Positions 1-8,262 of a stretch of 64,000 nt of DNA are shown piece after piece; the first letter of the stretch is position 1; every line of letters starts with the position of its first letter. Source of the DNA: Candidatus Nanosyncoccus sp. (GTDB taxonomy: Bacteria > Patescibacteriota > Saccharimonadia > Saccharimonadales > Saccharimonadaceae); contig JAZQCE010000010.1 in the NCBI GenBank assembly GCA_045546095.1, forward strand, positions 5,712 to 69,711, in the 5' to 3' direction. The position numbers were made by a program, and so were the translations under genes. Below the pieces are notes generated by a model, which worked only from the letters and a program-made list of their open reading frames with translations, was not told the DNA's origin and searched no databases.

Positions 1-1044
1 AATACTTTTTTTGTCGTCATTCAGGACAGCGTTCTCAAAAGACAAGTTATCTCCATATCTCAAATAACGAACCCATCCAGCCTGCGGCGTGTGGTCCAGG
101 GGCCCAGCTAGCGCCTGATAAAGTGAAGGCATAACATAGGTTTCACTAGTAGTAGTATCGCTAGTTGTCTGTCCTTGTGCTCTAAAAAATTCTCCATACA
201 TATGCGAAGGCATCAAATTCGTCTCCACGATAGGCAAAATATCAGAAACATGGTTGTTAGCAAAAAAGACTGTATGCAAGTTTTTCAAATTCGCCAAAGG
301 CTCCAAATCAGACACTTCGTTATCATCAATCAAAAGACCAAACAGATTAGCCATGCCGGACAGCGGGCTGAGATCGGTTATCTGATTGTTACTTAGTAAA
401 AGATTCTCCATCTTGGTAGCATTAGCTAGCGGGCTAAGGTCAGTTATCTTATGCCCTTGCAAGTACAACTCCGTGAGCTCTGTCATATTTGCAAGTGGCG
501 AAATGTCCGATATTTGCCCATTTACAGAGGACGAATATCTCGGCGACAATTCTAGATGATACAGCTTTATCAAACCACTCAGTGGCGTAAGATCAGAAAC
601 TTGATGTTCGGATACAGCGAGATAGGTGAGATTAGTCATATTCTGTAACGGAGTAAAATCAGTCACGGCTCCCTTCGTGGCAAAAAATTCGAGATTGGTA
701 AAATTCTCTATACCAGTTAAATCTGTTATTACGCCATCCGTATTACTAAGTCGAACAACGCTAGGTATTTCTGAAACATTCATCGTGGCATAATATGGCA
801 CACTAGAGCAATTATAAGGAGCATAAGATAACCCCTGATTACGGAGCTGGTTATATACTACTTCGCATAGCCTCTTATCATTGAATTCTATTGTTTTTGT
901 GTCCTCAGCAAAGGCCACCGGAGTGAATACTCCACAACTCAGAGCAACAGCAACTGTCGCTACCCCCATCCCAATTATTAATTTTTTTCTAGTTTTTGTC
1001 AGATAACAAAAAACACTACTGCGTGTTTTCATCTTGTTTTCCAT
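1..1044 (-). CDS. Internalin-like leucine-rich-repeat secreted/surface protein, 3' end runs off the window
   Basis: Read manually on the minus strand from ATG at 1044 with no stop to base 1: N-terminal hydrophobic signal (LIIGMGVATVAVALSCG) then 22-aa LRRs such as ISDISPLANMTELTELYLQGHK, ITDLSPLANATKMENLLLSNNQ, ITDLSPLSGMANLFGLLIDDNE. Absent from the ORF track because it is truncated. Confidence 0.9.
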   Translation of the reverse strand, partial: MENKMKTRSSVFCYLTKTRKKLIIGMGVATVAVALSCGVFTPVAFAEDTKTIEFNDKRLCEVVYNQLRNQGLSYAPYNCSSVPYYATMNVSEIPSVVRLSNTDGVITDLTGIENFTNLEFFATKGAVTDFTPLQNMTNLTYLAVSEHQVSDLTPLSGLIKLYHLELSPRYSSSVNGQISDISPLANMTELTELYLQGHKITDLSPLANATKMENLLLSNNQITDLSPLSGMANLFGLLIDDNEVSDLEPLANLKNLHTVFFANNHVSDILPIVETNLMPSHMYGEFFRAQGQTTSDTTTSETYVMPSLYQALAGPLDHTPQAGWVRYLRYGDNLSFENAVLNDDKKSI

Positions 1045-1174
1045 GGTTTGTATGACCTTTCATTTGTTATGTTTATATAGCCGAGAAAACCATGACCAAT
1101 ATCTATATTATATGTCAATCTCAGTATATGTCAACCACCCCAAACCCCTATCCGAAAATATATGGTATAAGACA

Positions 1175-1294
1175 CAATACGCCGTGTTAGTGCAAACCAA
1201 AACCATGGACGTGACTAGGTTATACAAAAGAATAGGCGAATTATCAAAAAGGGACTATAAAGAAATTAGGGACGCTTACCTAAAGCTAATATAA
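1175..1294 (+). pseudogene. C-terminal remnant of a PemK/MazF-family toxin
   Basis: AVLVQTKTMDVTRLYKRIGELSKRDYKEIRDAYLKLI* resembles the PemK C-terminal motif (A-x-L-x-Q-x-R/K-x-x-D-x-x-R-L-x-x-x-I-G-x-L); no PemK N-terminus upstream. Confidence 0.65.
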
Positions 1295-1345
1295 AATATG
1301 CCTCAGTATGACTACTGAGGGTGGGCGGGTAGATCCCGAATATAC
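1292..1345 (-). ncRNA. Putative two-hairpin small RNA convergent on the pemK-like remnant (copy 1)
   Basis: Downstream of a TTGAAA-N17-TATAAT promoter; hairpins CGGG/CCCG (1326-1338) and CCTCAGTA/TACTGAGG (1301-1320); homologous to 6316-6373. Confidence 0.55.
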
Positions 1346-1349
1346 CTTG

Positions 1350-1378
1350 ATTATATCAAACATCACTAGATATTTCAA
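1350..1378 (-). promoter_or_regulatory. sigma70 promoter TTGAAA-N17-TATAAT
   Basis: -35 at 1378-1373, -10 at 1355-1350, spacer exactly 17 nt. Confidence 0.7.
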
Positions 1379-1463
1379 GGCCATTAACTACGAAATCTAT
1401 ATAATACGCACATCTACTGTCAATTTTAGCAAAAAAGAGAGCTTGACATTGTATAATATAACC

Positions 1464-2375
1464 ATGAACGTATTAAAATACGCAAAAGGCGTCGAAAAGC
1501 TTGTCGATCCCATGTTTGTCGGCAAGACTCATTATATGCAAACCAAATTATCCAAAGCACCAGTGTTTTTGCAACGCAAAATCGTCACCGCAGCCTCCAA
1601 AAAAGCCAACAAAATGCCTTTCGTAGTGGAGCCATATTGCACCTTCCTCTTTTACGAAATCCCCGTACCAGAGCGAGTGCAAAAATTCATGCCAGACGGC
1701 TTCACCCCCGCGAGGTCCGCTATATTTGAAGGCGACAAAGCAAAATACTACGGCATAGTCTCGATGTTTCGCATCCATACCAGCGTCTTTTGGGGCGCAC
1801 GCGCCGAATACTACCTTGTCGCCGAAAACACCAAGACCGGCCTACTCAGCTGGATTATGATGGACTACATTTCCGATACCATCAGCTACGACGAAAAACA
1901 CGGCCTCAAATCCCCAGATTGCACTGGCTCCGTCATGACCACTACCTGTGAAGGCGATTTTGTCTGCGAAATGAAAAACGCAGATGGCTCCAAAAAAGTC
2001 GAATGTACCGCCAGCCTTCTTCATTCCAAAATGCGCCCCCTAAACGAACGCCTCTGGATCGAAGGCAACACTTCTATCGCCTACGGTCGTCTCGCCGGCC
2101 AGCCGGATGGCGATCTCTTTTCGCTCACCTTCTACCCCGAGGAAATGAAACAAGCCCTAGATATCCCACTAAAAGACGTTTTCCATTTTCATGCCTCTAC
2201 CTCTACCACAGGCCATTTTGGCGCTGTGCTAGACCGCGTCATCAGTTTTCCTTTTGCCCAGCATATGCTTTCAGACTCGCCAGGCACCCACACCCACTAC
2301 GGCAATGAAGCCGCTCTCCGCAAAGCCGCAGAATCAGTCAAATTCTCTCAGATCAAAACTCTCGGTGGCAAATAA
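1464..2375 (+). CDS. Conserved hypothetical protein (possibly acetoacetate-decarboxylase-like fold)
   Basis: Long ORF; start moved from 1308 to ATG 1464, which lies 6 nt after TGTATAAT. The fold guess is weak. Confidence 0.75.
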   Translation: MNVLKYAKGVEKLVDPMFVGKTHYMQTKLSKAPVFLQRKIVTAASKKANKMPFVVEPYCTFLFYEIPVPERVQKFMPDGFTPARSAIFEGDKAKYYGIVSMFRIHTSVFWGARAEYYLVAENTKTGLLSWIMMDYISDTISYDEKHGLKSPDCTGSVMTTTCEGDFVCEMKNADGSKKVECTASLLHSKMRPLNERLWIEGNTSIAYGRLAGQPDGDLFSLTFYPEEMKQALDIPLKDVFHFHASTSTTGHFGAVLDRVISFPFAQHMLSDSPGTHTHYGNEAALRKAAESVKFSQIKTLGGK

Positions 2376-2428
2376 TCCAACCTACAAATAACCCAGTCCG
2401 CGAAATCAACTCAATCTGCAAAGCTATC

Positions 2429-2923
2429 CTAGTCGCCCAAATATCTTTCCATCCACTCTTTAAATACATCATAATTATTATACGCGTCCGAATCTTCATC
2501 AGCATCCGCTCGAAGCGCCCCTGCCACGTGCCCACGCGAAATTAACGCCACCGACGGGTAATACTTCACCGTATCATGCAGTGAAGATTCCTTTACCTCA
2601 GAAAACATCATCCGGTACGCCAATACGCCCTTTTCTGCCATATATCTAGTCACATACTCGCGCAGCCGATCCGCCGTAGTGCATCCACCCTGATCTACAA
2701 ACACAATAAATGACCTTTCCGCCTGCACTAGCCCCTCATATTCACCAGCATTGATCTCCATAAACTCTGCCCCCTCACCATAATATTCTGCATCTAGAGT
2801 CACCTTTTGTCCTTCAAACCAGCCATTCGTCGCACCAATAAACAACATCACCCCGAGTAGCGCCATTACCAGCACCACAATCAGCCCCAACACCCCCATC
2901 TGTTTCTTTTTCTCTGCGCCCAC
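2429..2923 (-). CDS. Membrane-anchored thioredoxin-fold-like protein
   Basis: N-terminal TM helix; FIVFVDQGGCTTADRL and YYPSVALISRG resemble a thioredoxin fold with a single Cys. Confidence 0.6.
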   Translation of the reverse strand: MGAEKKKQMGVLGLIVVLVMALLGVMLFIGATNGWFEGQKVTLDAEYYGEGAEFMEINAGEYEGLVQAERSFIVFVDQGGCTTADRLREYVTRYMAEKGVLAYRMMFSEVKESSLHDTVKYYPSVALISRGHVAGALRADADEDSDAYNNYDVFKEWMERYLGD

Positions 2924-2924
2924 T

Positions 2925-3626
2925 CTAGTTCTCCGTCAACTCCTCAAAATTAATCTCGTGCATCGGCACCTTATAAAAATCATACACGACCCTACCGTCA
3001 TCGGCGGTTCGTTTAACTTTTATGTTATTATCCCCTTCATAAAACCAATATCCACCCACATCATAAATCTTGGACTCATCCCAGCCAAGCGCCACCAACA
3101 TATTCTTCATCATACCAGAATAACCGCCGCCGCCACACATCAAGAATATGATCTTATCCTTTGGAAACAAGTCTTCTAAAATCTGCATAGACTCTTTATA
3201 GTTTGCCGTATAAGATCCATCCGAATGATGCTGGAAGAGTGTCTTACCAGTATAAGTATCCCCCACCGCTTCTGGGAGCCCTTTCACGTTCACGATATAC
3301 GGAAAAGGCACTACTTCAAATCCATCCACATATCCAGAAAGGTACGAATCTCCACCAATCGCCTCGTAGTTTCCCGGGTCCTTTAGCATTCTAAGGTCTC
3401 GGTATACAGCATCACTCCGATTCAAATATTGATCAATTGTAGATTCATTTACATTCTTATCAATCCCAAGCTCACCTCGCTGCCCCTCGGATAACTCCGG
3501 CGCCGGTAGCTCCGCGAGCCCCTGCTCAGCCGGAAATGCAAATCTGCCCAGCAAAAACGCCCCGACCACCAGTACCACGGCAATAATCGTACTCCACCAA
3601 ACATATTTTTTCATATTTATCTCCAC
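2925..3626 (-). CDS. Membrane-anchored rhodanese-like domain protein
   Basis: N-terminal TM; FLMCGGGGYS active-site-like loop and YDVGGYW motif of rhodanese domains. Confidence 0.7.
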   Translation of the reverse strand: MEINMKKYVWWSTIIAVVLVVGAFLLGRFAFPAEQGLAELPAPELSEGQRGELGIDKNVNESTIDQYLNRSDAVYRDLRMLKDPGNYEAIGGDSYLSGYVDGFEVVPFPYIVNVKGLPEAVGDTYTGKTLFQHHSDGSYTANYKESMQILEDLFPKDKIIFLMCGGGGYSGMMKNMLVALGWDESKIYDVGGYWFYEGDNNIKVKRTADDGRVVYDFYKVPMHEINFEELTEN

Positions 3627-3646
3627 TTAGTTAACCTAATTATAGC

Positions 3647-3713
3647 ATATGACGGGTGGTTGCATGTGTTTTTATGCTGTCAGAAAAACACATGCAACCA
3701 GGACCCGTCATAT
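3647..3713. repeat. Long hairpin / inverted repeat
   Basis: Perfect 16-bp stem GGTTGCATGTGTTTTT (3657-3672) / AAAAACACATGCAACC (3684-3699) plus outer ATATGACGGG/CCCGTCATAT that overlaps the HNH gene stop. Confidence 0.85.
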
Positions 3714-4451
3714 CCCTATAACTCGTTCATTAGGACAATTGGAAAGAATCTGACTGATGGCATCTTTCTCTGCCTCTGTCACCCATAGCGAATATTTGTA
3801 TTTTACCGACACCTGCCTCGCCACATACTGACACCGAAACTTCTTATTCGCCGGCAACCACGTCGCCGCATCACCATCCGATTTTTTCTTGTTTGCCGCC
3901 GCATCCACTGCCAATAAATTCAGCGGGTCCGTAGCTAGTTCATAGCGTTTCTCTGCCGCAAGGTTCTGCGCTCCCTTTTGCCACGCATCAGACAGCGCCA
4001 CCACATGGTCTATCTGTATGCCATTAGAAATCTGCTCTCGCTCTGTATATTTCATATGCTCCCCAGTATACGGCTCGTCATATTCCCCAGCCAGCACATT
4101 GCATCCATCCAGTACCGCCGTCTCACCAAACTCCCGCTTGATGATTTTTTGTCGCAAATTACATCCCTCCACAGTCGGCCACCCATTATAAAATTCTTCA
4201 CGCGAATACCCAGTCTTTGGTGCCCGCCCCTTTACTTCAAGTTTCTCCAAAATCTCTATAGCTAGCGGCTGAGACTCGTCTGCAGGAGCACCACTCGCCT
4301 CGGCCTCCCAATTCTCCGTATCGTATTCCGCCCCCGCGTTTTCCGTAGGTGTAAAAACCGCCTCGTAGCTTTCGGGGTTCACCACCAGCCAAATCAAAGC
4401 CAGAATCAGAGCCGCCCCCACTACCGACAACCTCCGAGCTTTTAGTTTCAT
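3708..4451 (-). CDS. Secreted HNH endonuclease family protein (DUF1524/GmrSD C-terminal-like)
   Basis: N-terminal TM; IQIDHVVALSDAWQKGA, LNLLAVDAAANKKKSD, WLP..CQYVARQ motifs. Confidence 0.85.
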   Translation of the reverse strand: MKLKARRLSVVGAALILALIWLVVNPESYEAVFTPTENAGAEYDTENWEAEASGAPADESQPLAIEILEKLEVKGRAPKTGYSREEFYNGWPTVEGCNLRQKIIKREFGETAVLDGCNVLAGEYDEPYTGEHMKYTEREQISNGIQIDHVVALSDAWQKGAQNLAAEKRYELATDPLNLLAVDAAANKKKSDGDAATWLPANKKFRCQYVARQVSVKYKYSLWVTEAEKDAISQILSNCPNERVIGI

Positions 4452-4469
4452 ACCCTCATTATATCAAAG

Positions 4470-5252
4470 CTAATCTTCTTTTCGCAAAATCTCTGGATTT
4501 AGATGCTCGGTATTAGCTAAATCCTCGCCATCCCCCCGATGCTCCGCCAAAGCTTCCTCATCGGTTGCAGTTTCCGCTACATCATCCTGCACTTTTTCCC
4601 TCTGTGCGGCTAATACCTGAAACAGTTCCGTCAACCCTCGCACACCATATCCGCTCACCGCATATTCAAAATACCCTTTACCGGCCGCCTTCGCGCCCGC
4701 ACGGAGCTCCTCGTATCGCGGGTCAGCCCCCTCTACCTCAGCAATCAATTCTTTCATATCATCGAGAGCCTTAAACGCCCCCTCTACCGACTTTTGCCCA
4801 GACGGCCTATTCACACCTTCACGAAACTCAGCCTCGCTAGCCGCAGCCGCCCCAGCTTCATCCCGCACTTCCCTATATCCTTCTGGCGTATCCACACCCA
4901 AATACTTAAACAAATCTCCAATCGGATCAGCCCTACCACTAGCATCAAACCCTTTTATTTTTTGCACAACAGTCTCCACCCCCATTTCTCGCGCCGCCGC
5001 ATTCAATCCATAATTAATCAATGCTGCCGCGTCAGCAATTCCAGCATTATATTCCGCCCCGGTTTCCTCAGCTCCACCATCTTTTGCCTCTCCATAATAC
5101 TCATTATCCGGATTCGCCACCCCGAGTTTATCACCAGCAAACTCCGGGACACCAGCCTCCATCACTTTCTCAAAATCTTGTTCCGGCGGCACTACTCGCT
5201 CTCTTTCTACTTGTTTGCCAGGGGCTACTTCAAAACTATTATCGTCGTACAT
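4470..5252 (-). CDS. Acidic hypothetical protein
   Basis: 260-aa ORF in operon-like spacing with its neighbours; no recognised motif. Confidence 0.75.
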   Translation of the reverse strand: MYDDNSFEVAPGKQVERERVVPPEQDFEKVMEAGVPEFAGDKLGVANPDNEYYGEAKDGGAEETGAEYNAGIADAAALINYGLNAAAREMGVETVVQKIKGFDASGRADPIGDLFKYLGVDTPEGYREVRDEAGAAAASEAEFREGVNRPSGQKSVEGAFKALDDMKELIAEVEGADPRYEELRAGAKAAGKGYFEYAVSGYGVRGLTELFQVLAAQREKVQDDVAETATDEEALAEHRGDGEDLANTEHLNPEILRKED

Positions 5253-5260
5253 TTTCCTCC

Positions 5261-6241
5261 TTATTCTATGTTTTCTGGTTTTATATTTGAATTAATTAAC
5301 GTATTCAAATGCTCGCTATGCAACACATCTGCATTATAAATCTCCACTTTTGCGTTATATGTTTCAATTAATCCATTTATTTCATTATACAAAGCCTCTA
5401 AAGATTCTTGCCTAGCCACCAGTTCAGCCCTCTGTCCATTAAAATCTTCCTCTGTCTGGAAGCATCCTGCCACATCCGCGCAACTATTAAAACTCACAAT
5501 ATCAGCATTCAGCTGCCCCGCGAGCAGCTCATACTGAGACGTTTTTTGCTCCACCTCATTGCTAATGCTTTCAAGCTCTAGCGCCAAGGCATCCAGCTCA
5601 GCCTGCAACCGATTAAATACTCCAATATATTTATCGTAATAAGCCACCACTTTATCCTGCTCTCTAAAAATCTCCGCATAGTGTCGCTCCAAGGCCTCAG
5701 GCAAATCAGCTATTTCTGTACCCGCCCGCACGTACAACTCTTCCTTTTTCTCATTATCGTCATAAATATCCAACTCTTCACCCAACGCCGTCTGATGTTC
5801 CACCAATACCTCATTTAAAGCCGTCTCCAGCACCTGTCGCGCACCATCATCCATCCGCGCCCACGCTACATGCAACAGCTCATGCGCAGTAGTCAGCTCT
5901 CGTATCCCATCCAGCTCCTCTGAATCTATATTATACACATAGATGCTCTCCCCATCATAGCACCCCAGCACCGCAGTCTCGGTCACACCATCTCTACAAT
6001 TAGCATTAAACTCCTCCCTCTCGCTGAGTACCGGCTGCGATGCGTTAAACAAAAACACACCCTTATCCGTCAAGTTTAGTTCGCCCCTTATCCTCTCCAT
6101 CTCCGCCGACGGCTGATAGGTCACCCCCCGATAATAATCATAAATCCAATCCCTGTTCGCCGCCACCACGGCTCCACCCACAACCAGTACCGCAATTACT
6201 ACCCACCAAATCCATTTTTTACTCGATCTCCTTCTTTCCAT
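5261..6241 (-). CDS. Membrane-anchored protein with HELLH zincin-like motif and C-terminal coiled coil
   Basis: N-terminal TM, AHELLH motif, heptad-rich C-terminus; TATAAT 6 nt before ATG. Confidence 0.75.
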   Translation of the reverse strand: MERRRSSKKWIWWVVIAVLVVGGAVVAANRDWIYDYYRGVTYQPSAEMERIRGELNLTDKGVFLFNASQPVLSEREEFNANCRDGVTETAVLGCYDGESIYVYNIDSEELDGIRELTTAHELLHVAWARMDDGARQVLETALNEVLVEHQTALGEELDIYDDNEKKEELYVRAGTEIADLPEALERHYAEIFREQDKVVAYYDKYIGVFNRLQAELDALALELESISNEVEQKTSQYELLAGQLNADIVSFNSCADVAGCFQTEEDFNGQRAELVARQESLEALYNEINGLIETYNAKVEIYNADVLHSEHLNTLINSNIKPENIE

Positions 6242-6269
6242 ACCTCCATTATACCAAACTCCCCCATCA

Positions 6270-6320
6270 ATTCTAATTATCCAAATAGTTAAAAAGGCAT
6301 TTCATGAATTATATGAGTAA
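6270..6320 (+). pseudogene. Very short C-terminal remnant of a second PemK-like toxin
   Basis: QIVKKAFHELYE* (6282-6320) parallels YKEIRDAYLKLI* at 1294 and is followed by the same convergent RNA/promoter unit. Confidence 0.4.
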
Positions 6321-6373
6321 AAATGTACCCCCGACTTTTCAGAAGGGGGGATTGCGAGTAACCTCGAATATAT
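6316..6373 (-). ncRNA. Putative two-hairpin small RNA (copy 2)
   Basis: Follows a perfect TTGACA-N17-TATAAT; hairpins CGAG/CTCG (6355-6366) and CCCCC/GGGGG (6328-6350); compensatory change relative to copy 1. Confidence 0.55.
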
Positions 6374-6378
6374 TTCAT

Positions 6379-6407
6379 ATTATATCAAGTAGCAAGCATT
6401 TTGTCAA
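6379..6407 (-). promoter_or_regulatory. Consensus sigma70 promoter TTGACA-N17-TATAAT
   Basis: -35 at 6407-6402, -10 at 6384-6379. Confidence 0.8.
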
Positions 6408-6417
6408 TAGAAAGGAT

Positions 6418-6526
6418 AGGTTGGTTATGAATTTAAAGATAAGAATCTTGAATTTCTAAACCAACCTGTTTCCTTAATCCCGTTCACTATTAAAATCTAT
6501 CTCCCGGAACCAAAATAGAAAACATA
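6418..6526 (+). repeat. Cassette boundary repeat R1 (ychF 5' end copy plus element end; palindromic att-like site)
   Basis: AGGTTGGTTATGAATTTAAAGATaaGAATC matches the ychF start (10402-10431); the whole ~110 bp aligns with 8092-8200; inverted arms AGGTTGGTT / AACCAACCT at 6418-6467. Confidence 0.85.
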
Positions 6527-6566
6527 ACGATTTTTATTGCCAAAACAAATGATTTATAATGGTTTC

Positions 6567-6956
6567 ATGTCAAAACCAAGTTATTCAGTTATAGTCCCAA
6601 AAGAGCTTTACCCAAAACCATCAAATCGAGAAATGACTGCTGCCTATATTTTGATTGATTTCTTTAATTCCGATATAAAATTCGTAATCAGAAGCGATAA
6701 TAAAACGCCAGATTTTTTAATTGATAATAAATACTGGGAATTAAAATCTCCTACGGGTAATGGTAAATATAATTTACAGCATGCACTCAGAAATGCTGCT
6801 AAGCAATCAGAAAACGTTATTATTGATGCTAGATTTTCAAAAATTCATATCAATAAAATAAAAAATGAGCTGAATTACCAATTCAAGCACTCTAAAAATA
6901 TAAAGCATCTGCTTTTAATTGATAAGCAGAAAAATGTAGTTGAAATTTCTAGATGA
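6567..6956 (+). CDS. Small PD-(D/E)XK nuclease resembling the tRNA nuclease CdiA C-terminal domain; candidate toxin
   Basis: KTPDFLIDNKYWELKSPTG...LRNAAKQSENVIIDARF motif; ATG 6567 is 6 nt after TATAAT. Family assignment is from recall and needs an HMM check. Confidence 0.75.
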   Translation: MSKPSYSVIVPKELYPKPSNREMTAAYILIDFFNSDIKFVIRSDNKTPDFLIDNKYWELKSPTGNGKYNLQHALRNAAKQSENVIIDARFSKIHINKIKNELNYQFKHSKNIKHLLLIDKQKNVVEISR

Positions 6957-6968
6957 GTACGATATAAT
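6940..6968 (+). promoter_or_regulatory. sigma70 promoter TTGAAA-N17-TATAAT overlapping the nuclease stop codon
   Basis: -35 at 6940-6945 inside the last codons, -10 at 6963-6968. Confidence 0.75.
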
Positions 6969-6974
6969 AAAGAT

Positions 6975-7029
6975 ATCGAAAGTCCGTCAGGCAACGCTGG
7001 ATTGCGTAGGTTCGGGGCTTTCTTTTTTG
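6975..7029 (+). ncRNA. Putative small hairpin RNA (candidate antitoxin)
   Basis: Stem GAAAGTCCG (6978-6986) / CGGGGCTTTC (7013-7022), inner GCAA/TTGC stem, T-run terminator 7023-7028, own promoter. Confidence 0.55.
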
Positions 7030-7044
7030 TGCTATAATGCAACT

Positions 7045-8061
7045 ATGAAGCAGGCTGAAACCACCGATTATTTCAAAATTTTAAGTCCAGATTCTCCAGA
7101 TTGGCTCAAAGATTATATTAATACTAAAGAACTCCAAACCCAAAAATATATCAGTACTACCTGTGGCACACTTTATACCGATTTATTTAGTAGCGATACC
7201 TTTTATTCCAGCTTGGACCACTCCATTGCGGTTGCACTAATTGTCTGGCATTTTACTCACAATAAAAAACAAACTCTTGCTGGGTTGTTTCATGACATTT
7301 CAACTCCTGCCTTCAAACACTGCGTAGATTTTATGAACGGAGATTATCTAAAACAGGAATCTACAGAAGACTTAACTACCGATTTTATTAAAAAATCTCA
7401 GGATGTAATGGATTTACTTAGAGAAGATGATATCAAAATTGCAGAAATCGACAATTATCATATCTATCCAATCGCCGACAACGACACACCAAAATTATCG
7501 GCAGATAGGCTAGAGTATTCATTATCCAATGCGTTATTCACCTATAAAATGTTAGATTTAGAAGAAATTAGAGAGATATACAACGATATAGAAATCGAGC
7601 GAAACGAATCAGGAGAGTCAGAGCTAGGATTCAAAACTAAATCCATCGCTAGAAAGTTTGTCCAAGTTACTAGCAAAATGTCAGTTATCTACCGCGATGA
7701 TAGAACTAGATTCTCCATGCAATTTATTGCAGATATATTAAAAGGGCTAAAAGAAGGCGGTGAAATAACAATAGAAGAATTATACGATAAAAAAGAATCC
7801 GATGTTATTGAGATAATTGAAAAATCAAAATACAAAGATGCCTGGAACATCTGGAAAAAAGCTAAGAAAATCAATATTTCAAAAACTAAACCCGAGGATG
7901 CTTACTATATTCATCAAAAATCCAAAGTACGATATATCGACCCACTTTGTAACGGTGAACGTATGTCTAAAATTTGCAAAATAGCCAAAAATGCCATAGA
8001 CAAAAACCTTTCCTACGATATGAGTAACTATGTCTATCTAGATTTTAAACTCGAAAAATGA
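7045..8061 (+). CDS. HD-domain phosphohydrolase
   Basis: SSLDHSIAVAL...LAGLFHDISTPAFKHCVD...LSADRLEY motifs; start moved to ATG 7045 after TGCTATAAT. Confidence 0.9.
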   Translation: MKQAETTDYFKILSPDSPDWLKDYINTKELQTQKYISTTCGTLYTDLFSSDTFYSSLDHSIAVALIVWHFTHNKKQTLAGLFHDISTPAFKHCVDFMNGDYLKQESTEDLTTDFIKKSQDVMDLLREDDIKIAEIDNYHIYPIADNDTPKLSADRLEYSLSNALFTYKMLDLEEIREIYNDIEIERNESGESELGFKTKSIARKFVQVTSKMSVIYRDDRTRFSMQFIADILKGLKEGGEITIEELYDKKESDVIEIIEKSKYKDAWNIWKKAKKINISKTKPEDAYYIHQKSKVRYIDPLCNGERMSKICKIAKNAIDKNLSYDMSNYVYLDFKLEK

Positions 8062-8076
8062 TATAATCATATCTAT

Positions 8077-8200
8077 AATAACAGATATCACAGGTTGGTT
8101 ATGAATTTAAAGATCGGAATCTTGAATTTTTAAACCAACCCATTTCTTTTATCCCGTTTTCCACAAAAATCCGCCTGCCAAAGCCAAATTGGAAAAACAT
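8077..8200 (+). repeat. Cassette boundary repeat R2
   Basis: 8077-8121 nearly identical to 10388-10431 (1-nt indel); 8092-8200 aligns with R1; palindrome GGTTGGTT...AACCAACC at 8093-8140. Confidence 0.9.
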
Positions 8201-8211
8201 CCATATTAGAA

Positions 8212-8257
8212 CAAAAAGATAGGACTCACCTATTCCGAGGCAAGTCCTATCTTAATA
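8212..8257 (-). ncRNA. Putative small hairpin RNA downstream of the deleted nuclease
   Basis: Perfect 11-bp stem AAGATAGGACT (8216-8226) / AGTCCTATCTT (8243-8253), T-run on the minus strand, own promoter. Confidence 0.55.
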
Positions 8258-8262
8258 ATCTA

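Larger units (their letters stand above)
6448..8121. mobile_element. Integrase-less cassette 1 (nuclease + sRNA + HD protein) at the ychF 5' end
   Basis: Bounded by repeats R1 and R2; AT-rich relative to flanking core genes; no recombinase inside. Confidence 0.65.

Noticed and set aside
175-396. 73-aa plus-strand ORF
   Set aside because: Antisense shadow of the LRR gene on the minus strand.
1034-1463. ORF 1034-1294 as an intact gene and the 1308 start of the next ORF
   Set aside because: Only the last ~40 codons look like protein (PemK-like); the 1308-1463 extension runs through a promoter/RNA unit and a better start exists at 1464.
6418-8140. Classical integron attC sites
   Set aside because: attC runs RYYYAAC...GTTRRRY, whereas these palindromes have GTT first and AAC last; no intI in the window. 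Kept only as an analogy.
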